A stretch of 64,000 nucleotides of DNA from Candidatus Omnitrophota bacterium (lineage in GTDB: Bacteria; Omnitrophota; Gorgyraeia; Gygaellales; Profunditerraquicolaceae): contig JBAZKC010000003.1 of the NCBI GenBank assembly GCA_041651035.1, positions 5,153 to 69,152 of the forward strand. Reading direction: 5' to 3'. Both the position numbers and the translations under genes were made by a program. Below, one piece after another: positions 56,653 through 64,000 of the stretch. Position 1 is the stretch's first letter, and the number at the start of each line of letters is the position of its first letter. The notes beneath the pieces are model-generated. The model did no database searches. It saw only the letters and a program-made list of their open reading frames with translations, and was not told the DNA's origin.

Positions 56653-57752
56653 ATATTCTCTACATATCCAATCATCTTAATATCGGCGGCATTACCAGTT
56701 ATCTTTTGTCCCTGTCCGCCGGCATGAAGCATAGAGGCCATAATGTGTATATAGCCTCAAGCGGCGGGAGGATGCTTTCTAAGTTCAGGGAAGAAGGGAT
56801 AACGTATGCCTCCATACCTATAAGGACAAAACAAGAAGTAAGCCCGAAAATACTATTAAGCATGTTTAAATTATCGGGATTGATAAAGAAGCACAAAATA
56901 GAGCTCTTGCATTCTAACAGCCGCACCACGCAGGTCTTAGGCTGCCTGTTGAGCAAATTTCTCGGGGTAAAACATATTTCTACCTGCCACGGGTTCTTTA
57001 AGAAAAGGCTTTTCCGGAAGATCTTCCCTTGCTGGGGTCAAAAAGTAATAGCCATAAGCGAGCCCGTAAAGGAACATTTGATCCGGGATTTTAAAGTAAA
57101 TGAGAAAGATATAGTAGTGATACATAGCGGCGTAGATACCAGTGAACCCCATACCCGGGACCCGAAAACGAGAGCCGGCATAAAAGAAAGGTTTGGCTTA
57201 GGCAAAGGGCCGGTAGTAGGCATTGTGGCGAGGCTCTCGGATGTAAAAGGCCATACCTATCTTATTGAGGCTATGGAGGGTGTTTTAAAGGATATCCCGG
57301 AGGCAGCATTGCTTATTGCCGGAGAAGGCAAGATGAAGGAAGGATTAGTAAGCCTGGTAAAAAGCCTGGGGATCGAAAAAAGCGTAGTCTTTTTGCCTGA
57401 GATCGAAGATACAAGGGATGTGTTGTCTGCCATGGATTTATTTGTCATGCCCTCTTTAAAAGAAGGGCTGGGGCTGGCGCTAATGGAGGCAATGGCATTT
57501 GGCCTTGCTGTTATAGGGACGGATACCGGGGGAATAAAGAGCTTGATACAGGATGGATATAATGGTTTATTAGTCAGGCCCAAGGACTCATGTCAGTTAC
57601 AGAAGGCTATATCCGGGCTGCTTAAGGATGAACAGAAAAGGGGATACCTGGGAGGCAATGCCCGGGATTTTATCTGCCGTAATTTTTCTTTGGAAAAAAT
57701 GGCTCAAGAGACAGAGGAGGTATACTTACAGTGCCCAGACGCAAGACACTAA
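56649..57752 (+). CDS. Glycosyltransferase family 4 (group 1)
   Basis: EGLGLALMEAMAFGLAVIGTDTGG motif. Confidence 0.75.
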   Translation: MNILYISNHLNIGGITSYLLSLSAGMKHRGHNVYIASSGGRMLSKFREEGITYASIPIRTKQEVSPKILLSMFKLSGLIKKHKIELLHSNSRTTQVLGCLLSKFLGVKHISTCHGFFKKRLFRKIFPCWGQKVIAISEPVKEHLIRDFKVNEKDIVVIHSGVDTSEPHTRDPKTRAGIKERFGLGKGPVVGIVARLSDVKGHTYLIEAMEGVLKDIPEAALLIAGEGKMKEGLVSLVKSLGIEKSVVFLPEIEDTRDVLSAMDLFVMPSLKEGLGLALMEAMAFGLAVIGTDTGGIKSLIQDGYNGLLVRPKDSCQLQKAISGLLKDEQKRGYLGGNARDFICRNFSLEKMAQETEEVYLQCPDARH

Positions 57753-58525
57753 TTACAGCTGTTTTCGGCGCGATATTTATAATTGTTTTACTGCTCGCCG
57801 GATTTATCCGGCAGCAGTACGTTATCCCCATACTTATGTACCATTTGGTCAATTCCAATGCCTCCCCGGATGATAAGTTGACCGTATCCGTGGATATATT
57901 TGAGCGCCAGATGCGGTTCCTTAAGGATCATCGTTATAATGTGGTTTCTTTGGAAGAAGCCGCGAGTTTGATCAGGGATAAAAAGAAAGTTCCTCCTAAG
58001 ACAATAGCCCTGACTTTTGATGATGGTTATAAAGATAATTATACCCATGCCTTTCCCATACTGAAAAAATATAATTTACCCGCGACCATATTCGTTATCA
58101 TTAATGAAATGGACAGGCCGCAGAATGACAGGTTAAGCTGGGATGAAATTAAAACTATGCGGGATTCCGGAATAATCACTTTCGGCAGCCATACCTTGAC
58201 GCATCCATATTTAATAAAGGTTGACTCTGAGCCGGAATTAAGAAGGCAGATATTTGATTCAAAGAAAATACTGGAAGAAAAACTGGGCATTCCGGTTAAT
58301 GCCTTCAGCTATCCTGCCGGAGGGTTTAACAGCCATGTAAGGCAGCTGGTAGTTGAGGCAGGGTATAAGCTGGCCGTTGCTTCAAACCCCGGGAAGAAAT
58401 TCAGCAATAAGGATATATTTGTTTTAAAAAGACTAAGGATATCTTCTAACGCGGGCAATCTCCTTGTTTTTTGGATAGAAACGAGCGGATATTATAACTT
58501 TATACGGGAGCTTAAGCATAAATGA
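57731..58525 (+). CDS. Polysaccharide deacetylase (NodB homology domain), TM-anchored
   Basis: ALTFDDGYKDNY…HTLTHP motifs. Confidence 0.75.
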   Translation: MPRRKTLITAVFGAIFIIVLLLAGFIRQQYVIPILMYHLVNSNASPDDKLTVSVDIFERQMRFLKDHRYNVVSLEEAASLIRDKKKVPPKTIALTFDDGYKDNYTHAFPILKKYNLPATIFVIINEMDRPQNDRLSWDEIKTMRDSGIITFGSHTLTHPYLIKVDSEPELRRQIFDSKKILEEKLGIPVNAFSYPAGGFNSHVRQLVVEAGYKLAVASNPGKKFSNKDIFVLKRLRISSNAGNLLVFWIETSGYYNFIRELKHK

Positions 58526-59544
58526 CCGAAAGCAAAAGAAGGATACTGATCTTTAATGTCAACTGGCTGGGCGACGTATTATTTTCCACCGCGACGATAA
58601 GGAATATCAGGCGGAATTTCCCGGACGGCTTTATTGCCTGTATAATCCCCAGCAGATGTTATCATGTTTTAAAAGACAACCCTTTTCTGGATGAAGTTAT
58701 CATTTTTGATGAAAAAGACAGGCACAAGAGCGTTTTAGCGCAGCTGACTTTCGTAAAACTGCTAAAAGCCAAGAGATTTGACACGGTATTTTTATTGCAC
58801 CGATCATTTAGCCGCGCGCTTATTTGCCGCCTGGCAGGTATCCCGCAGAGGATCGGTTATTACACAAAAAAGCGCGGGTTCCTGCTGACAAAGAAGATCA
58901 GCGTGCCCAGGAAAGACAGCCTGCACCGGATAGATTACTACTTGAACATTATAGAAAAAGCGGGCTTAAGGGTCGAAGACAGGTTTTCCGATTTCTTTGT
59001 TGCCTCTGAAGACGAGGTTTTCGTAGACGAATTCTTGTCTAAGAATTCGATAGACAAAGAAGATTTCCTGGCGGGGTTAAACCCGGGCGGGAACTGGAAT
59101 CCTAAGCGCTGGCCAAAAGAATACTGGGCTGTATTAGCCGATAAATTAATCCAAGAACGCGGGGCAAAGGTCATTATAACCGGGGATCATCGCGACCTGC
59201 CGCTGGCCTTAAGCATAAAAAATTCCATGAAGGAAAAACCGGCAATAGCCTGCGGCGTATTTAACATAAAACAGCTGGGCGCTTTATGCAAGAGGGTGGA
59301 TCTATTCATTACCGCGGATACCGGCCCGCTGCATATTGCCAACAGCGTAGGCTCCAAAAAGATAATCGCCATATTCGGCCCGACCTCTCCGGAAATAACC
59401 GGCCCCTATCCTTTGAAGAACGCCGTTATTTTGCGTAAGGATGTAGGTTGCAAAATACCCTGCTACCAGGTGAATTGCCAGGATAACCGCTGCATGAAAG
59501 CAGTCACTCCGGAAGACGTGATTGAGCAGGTTAGAAGATTATAA
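58522..59544 (+). CDS. Glycosyltransferase family 9 (LPS heptosyltransferase)
   Basis: ILIFNVNWLGDVLFSTATIRNIR…GPLHIANSVG pattern. Confidence 0.75.
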   Translation: MTESKRRILIFNVNWLGDVLFSTATIRNIRRNFPDGFIACIIPSRCYHVLKDNPFLDEVIIFDEKDRHKSVLAQLTFVKLLKAKRFDTVFLLHRSFSRALICRLAGIPQRIGYYTKKRGFLLTKKISVPRKDSLHRIDYYLNIIEKAGLRVEDRFSDFFVASEDEVFVDEFLSKNSIDKEDFLAGLNPGGNWNPKRWPKEYWAVLADKLIQERGAKVIITGDHRDLPLALSIKNSMKEKPAIACGVFNIKQLGALCKRVDLFITADTGPLHIANSVGSKKIIAIFGPTSPEITGPYPLKNAVILRKDVGCKIPCYQVNCQDNRCMKAVTPEDVIEQVRRL

Positions 59545-59547
59545 TAA

Positions 59548-61597
59548 AATGACGCTTAAAATTAATAAGGTCCTGTTTATTACTTCAAGCAATATGGGCG
59601 ATGTCATCCTGGCTCTGCCTGTCCTGGACTATTTGAGGGAGAATTTTCCCGCGGCTAAAATTACGGCGATGATAGGCCCGAGGCCAAAAGAGATACTCCA
59701 GGATAACCCGCATATAGACAGGCTTATTATCTATGATAAATATTCCAGATTAAGAGAAAAGATAAAGTTGTTCCAGGAACTGGAGAAAGAAAGGTTTGAC
59801 CTGATAATTGACCTGCGCAATACCTTCTACGGCGCGTTCCTGCCCGCGCGTTATAGGACTTCTCCATTTTTATATATCCCCGGGCATATCCAACATATGA
59901 AAGACCGCAACCTCTACCGGTTGCAGATGGCCCTGGCAAGCAGGAAGCCTTTAGCAATAAAGCAGGCAAGGCTATTCTATTCTGGCAGTGTTGAGGACGA
60001 GAATTATATTAATTGTCTTCTAAAAGATAACGGGATAAACAGCGAGAACAAGATCATTCTAGTCAGCCCCGGTACCGGCGGCGATACCAGGAGATGGGAT
60101 AGCCAGAAGTTTACCCGGCTATGCGCTGCCTTAAGCAGGGATTATAAGGTGGTTTTAATCGGCTCTGAGCCTCATCGGCCAATAACCCAGTATATCTACC
60201 AGAATTGCCCGAATAAAATTTTCGATTTTACGGGAAAAACTACTCTTGGCCAGTTTGCGCGTCTTTTGAAAAAGTCAGTGTTATTGGTTACCTGCGATAC
60301 GGGGACTTTGCAGTTAGCCAGTTATCTGGATACTCCCATAGTAGCGCTTTTTGGCCCAAGCGATGAGAGAAAATACGGCCCCTGGTCAAATAATTATAGA
60401 ATAGTTACTAAAGATATTTTCTGCCGGCCCTGTAAAAAGGCGCATTGCCGTTTTAAGACTGTAGAGTGCATGAGCCTGATAAAGGTTGAGGATGTGTCCA
60501 GGCAAATAAGAGATATATTAGTTACCGATACCCGATACCCTATAGCCTATAGCCGGGGTAATTTCAAGCGTATTCTCATTACGCGCACGGACAGGATCGG
60601 AGATGTTATGTTGTCTACGCCGGTAATCAAGGCCTTAAGAGAAAATTATCCAAACGCATATATCGCCATGATGGTATCGCCTTACGCTAAAGATGTCGTA
60701 GAAGGCAACCCTTATTTAGACGAAGTGATCACCTATGATAAAGACGGCAAGCATAAAAGCTGGGGCCGCTCTATCAAGCTTGGCCGCAACTTAAAGAAAA
60801 AGAAGTTTGACCTGGCGTTAATCCTCCATCCGAGTAACCGCGCGCATTTATTGACCTTTTTGGCCGGCATACCCAAAAGGGTAGGTTATGACATTAAGCT
60901 GGGGTCTCTGCTTACGGACAGGATAAAGCATACTAAACAATTTGGTGAAAAGCACGAATTAGAATACAATTTAGACCTGTTAAGATATTTAAGTATTGAA
61001 CCTGAAGATAAAAGCCTGTTTATGCCGATCAGGCCGGAATCAGAAAAATATGTAGAAGGCCTGTTCAGGGAGGAGGGGATAAAGAATAGCGACAGGTTAT
61101 TGGCTATTCATCCCGGGGCCAGTTGCCCCTCTAAAGTTTGGCCCAGCGAAAGGTTTGCCGAGGCCGCCGACAGGTTGGCGGAAAAATACGGGTTTAAAGT
61201 TTTAGTCGTAGCCGGACCTAAAGATACGGCTTTGGCGCAAAATGTGATTAAGCGGATGCGGCATCCCGTCCTTAACCTGGCAGGCAGGATATCAGTCAGC
61301 CAGTTGGCAAGCGTGCTTAAGAGGTGCCGGTTATTTATATCCAATGATTCCGGTCCCGTGCATATATCGTCGGCCTTAGGCACTCCGGTGATCTCTATTT
61401 TCGGCAGGAGCCAAAAAGGCCTAAGCCCGAAACGCTGGGGCCCTCTAGGCGAGGAAGACCGTGTTGTTTCTAAAACAGCCGGCTGTGTCGAATGCTTAGC
61501 GCATAATTGCACCAGGAGTTTTGCCTGCCTTAAAGCGGTAAGCGCGGATTATGTTGTAAGTGTAGCCGATTCGATCCTGGCTAAGGACGCGCTTTAA
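59548..61597 (+). CDS. Tandem double GT9 heptosyltransferase (two complete GT9 domains in one polypeptide)
   Basis: VLFITSSNMGDVILALPVL (domain 1) and ILITRTDRIGDVMLSTPVIKALRE (domain 2), each followed by the …D.GP.H… C-terminal half; start at 59548 after the upstream stop (the track ORF starts at 59522). Confidence 0.65.
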
Positions 61598-61633
61598 CTT
61601 GATCGGCAAGGTGTTTTACTCAAGGAGTTTTGC

Positions 61634-62377
61634 GTGCGTAAAATAATACTACTGTCTTTATTCATAATTCTATCGTGCGCGGGAGCCTGTGTTATATTTA
61701 ACAAAGCTTATTCTAAAAATACGGCTTTAGCCCAAGGGCCTAAATCTGTTTCTCGCGGGGTTGACCGCGCGGGAGAAAAGATAATTTACCGCGTGCAGTT
61801 AGGCAAGCTGTATTTGGGTAAGGCGGTGTTTAAGCATCTGCCAAAGGTAAAGTTCCAGGACAGAGAAGTAAACCTGATGACCTTTGAGACAAGGTTGACG
61901 CGGTTTGTTGATCTAGAAAAGATTTACAGCGATCCTAAGAGTTTTCTTCCTGTCAGGGTGGAGCGGGATATATCCACTTGGCCGTTCCCTGAAAAGATCA
62001 CGGAGGATTATGACCAGGAGAAGTTTACTTTGGTTATTAAGAAATTAAAGTACGGCAGAGAGAGCGAGTCGGTGATTAAAAAGAGCAGCGTTATAAATAA
62101 CGCGATCCTGCTTCCTTATTATGTACGGGATATAGCTAAGCTGGAAGTCGGGTATAATCTAATGGTTGTGCTGCCGACCCAGGAGTTTATAATAGAACTG
62201 GCCGCGATAGAAGAGATCAATGTCCCCGCCGGCAGGTTTATGGCTTATCGTTTCCAAAGCAGGCCGGAGAAATTCCAGATCTGGATAAGCGCGGATGAGC
62301 GCAGGATCCCCGTAAAAATCAGCGGGACAACCGGGTTGGGGTATTCTTTGGTTATGCAGGAATACAGCGCGGGTTAA
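61634..62377 (+). CDS. Hypothetical lipoprotein/secreted protein (DUF3108-like, uncertain)
   Basis: Signal LLSLFIILSCAGAC; LPS-cluster context. Confidence 0.35.
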   Translation: MRKIILLSLFIILSCAGACVIFNKAYSKNTALAQGPKSVSRGVDRAGEKIIYRVQLGKLYLGKAVFKHLPKVKFQDREVNLMTFETRLTRFVDLEKIYSDPKSFLPVRVERDISTWPFPEKITEDYDQEKFTLVIKKLKYGRESESVIKKSSVINNAILLPYYVRDIAKLEVGYNLMVVLPTQEFIIELAAIEEINVPAGRFMAYRFQSRPEKFQIWISADERRIPVKISGTTGLGYSLVMQEYSAG

Positions 62378-62440
62378 AAAGGCGAAACTCCAAAATTCAG
62401 GTTGATTTAGGCAGGATTTGTGCTAAAATTATAAATTCCG

Positions 62441-63370
62441 ATGATAAATATAAGCAAGGTAAAGACATATTCGATAAAAAAGAGGCGCAATAAGGTTGAT
62501 ATGAGCATTTTCGCCAAACCTCCTGTTAAGAGGAGCAGTTTCTCAAGTTTTTACGATTCTTTGCCCAGGGTATTAAAAGCTAAGGATTTACGCGCCGTAG
62601 TCGAAGCGCTGGTAAAGGCGCGCAAGGCAAAGAAATCGGTTATTTTTTCCTGCGGCGCCCACGTTATAAAATGCGGGTTGAATCCTGTATTGATCGAATT
62701 GATAAAGAAGAGGGTAATTGACTGTATTTGCTTAAACGGCGCCGGCATAATCCATGATTTTGAGATCGCTTTCCAGGGCAGGACTTCCGAGGATGTGGGA
62801 GATAGCCTGAAAACAGGGAAGTTCGGCATGGCCCGGGAGACCGCGCAGTTTTTGAATAGCGCGGTAACCGAAGGTGTAAGAGAAGGCTTAGGGTTAGGAT
62901 ATGCCGTAGCTAAGAAGATCAGCCAGGCGGATCTTCCGTTTAAGAACTCTAGCCTGCTGTATAACGCCTATAAGCATAAAATACCTGTATGCGTATTTGT
63001 AGGTATCGGCACGGATATTATACATCAGCATCCGTCTTTTAACGCCGCGCTTACCGGAGAAGGAAGCTTCAGGGATTTTAATTTGCTGGTAGAAAATATC
63101 TGCCGGATAAATAACGGGGGCGTGGTCATGAATTTCGGCTCCGCGGTGATCCTGCCGGAGGTGTTCTTAAAGGCATTGAATTTAGCGCGTAACCTGGGTA
63201 ATGTGGTCAAGGATTTTACCGCCGCTAATTTTGATATGGTGTATCACTACAGGCCGGCGCAGAATATCTGCCTGCGGCCGGTTATGTCAGGAGGAAAGAG
63301 TTATTATATTATCGGCCATCACGAGATAATGCTGCCTTTATTGGCTCAGGCGGTTATTGAGAAGCTATGA
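62441..63370 (+). CDS. Deoxyhypusine synthase-family-like protein (uncertain)
   Basis: KSVIFSCGAHVIKCGLNPVLIELIKKRVIDCICLNGAGIIHD resembles the DHS-family pattern …FL..TSNL.SSGLR..I..L…VD.iVTT.G…ED. Confidence 0.4.
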   Translation: MINISKVKTYSIKKRRNKVDMSIFAKPPVKRSSFSSFYDSLPRVLKAKDLRAVVEALVKARKAKKSVIFSCGAHVIKCGLNPVLIELIKKRVIDCICLNGAGIIHDFEIAFQGRTSEDVGDSLKTGKFGMARETAQFLNSAVTEGVREGLGLGYAVAKKISQADLPFKNSSLLYNAYKHKIPVCVFVGIGTDIIHQHPSFNAALTGEGSFRDFNLLVENICRINNGGVVMNFGSAVILPEVFLKALNLARNLGNVVKDFTAANFDMVYHYRPAQNICLRPVMSGGKSYYIIGHHEIMLPLLAQAVIEKL

Positions 63371-64000
63371 AGAATCTTAAGGCGATCATAAATCGTTTTT
63401 CTAAAGCGAAGATACTGGTTATCGGAGATGTGATACTGGATGAATATATCTGGGGGAATGTTGACAGGATCTCTCCTGAGGCGCCGGTGCCGGTGGTCTG
63501 GGCGAATAGAAGGACATATGTGCCGGGAGGGGCGGCCAATGTGGCTAATAATATCCGTTCTCTCGGCGCTGAGCCTTATTTGTTGGGGGTCGCGGGAAAG
63601 GATAAGAACACCGGTATTTTACTTTCTGAATTAAAGAAAAGAAAAATAAACACCAGGGGAGTATTTATCGAGCCTAAGAGGCATACGACATTAAAGACGC
63701 GCATAATTGCCGGGCATCAACAGTTAGTCAGGGTTGACTGGGAACACAGAGACCCGCTGCCCCGGGGCTTAAACAGCAGTATCATGAATTTTATACGCAG
63801 GAATATAAATGATTTTGACGCCATTGTTATCGAGGATTACGGCAAGGGAGTCATAAACATGCATTTGCTGGAGGAGCTTATTCATTTAGCCCGCTCCCGT
63901 AAGAAAGTTATCACCGTTGACCCTAAAGAGGACCATTTTCAGTATTACCGCGGGGTTACTGCCATTACCCCTAACCGGCGCGAACTTGAAAACGCGGTAA
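63367..64000 (+). CDS. hldE: Bifunctional heptose 7-phosphate kinase/heptose 1-phosphate adenylyltransferase, kinase domain I (partial, continues past the window)
   Basis: MKNLKAIINRFSKAKILVIGDVILDEYIWGNVDRISPEAPVPVV… is the canonical RfaE domain I start; ATGA overlap with the upstream stop. Confidence 0.8.
   Translation, partial: MKNLKAIINRFSKAKILVIGDVILDEYIWGNVDRISPEAPVPVVWANRRTYVPGGAANVANNIRSLGAEPYLLGVAGKDKNTGILLSELKKRKINTRGVFIEPKRHTTLKTRIIAGHQQLVRVDWEHRDPLPRGLNSSIMNFIRRNINDFDAIVIEDYGKGVINMHLLEELIHLARSRKKVITVDPKEDHFQYYRGVTAITPNRRELENAV

Noticed and set aside
1-64000. CRISPR arrays, rRNA and tRNA genes
   Set aside because: No regularly spaced short direct repeats and no cloverleaf-like or rRNA-like stretches were noticed in any intergenic region.

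Overview
The window has two parts. Roughly 1-23,100 is a visibly more A/T-rich accessory, defence-island-like region: a Type III restriction-modification operon (mod-res), a tandemly duplicated structured intergenic element, a ParB-nuclease::DNA-methyltransferase fusion, an XRE-regulated operon of small secreted/membrane proteins (MORN-repeat, zf-HC2 anti-sigma-like, SIMPL), a tightly packed four-gene cluster (unknown 564 aa, PLD/HKD-like 814 aa, Zn-ribbon/coiled-coil/PD-(D/E)xK-like 417 aa, DUF2971-like 307 aa), a 1063-aa P-loop NTPase with a C-terminal PRTase-like motif, and small cassettes flanked by two families of ~70-150 bp repeats. From about 23 kb onward it is core chromosome of a diderm bacterium: an inverse-autotransporter-like surface protein, an HD-GYP phosphodiesterase, a UvrD-like helicase, pflB-pflA, ECF transporter T and A components, AsmA, nth, a Macro-NUDIX protein, a DEAH helicase (minus strand), thermonuclease, aroC, spoVG, aroK, dprA, topA, a Xer recombinase, and a long LPS core/lipid A cluster (waaA, lpxK, LpxL-like acyltransferase, several GT4/GT9 fusions, deacetylase, partial hldE). 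No rRNA, tRNA or CRISPR arrays were seen. Two families of REP-like GGGAC palindromes recur between core genes and in two cases encode the last codons of a CDS. The best candidates for an undescribed system are the PLD/DUF2130-like/DUF2971-like cluster (11.0-17.4 kb) and the adjacent NTPase-PRTase giant protein (17.8-21.0 kb). All functional calls rest on motifs recognised by eye and need homology searches to confirm.
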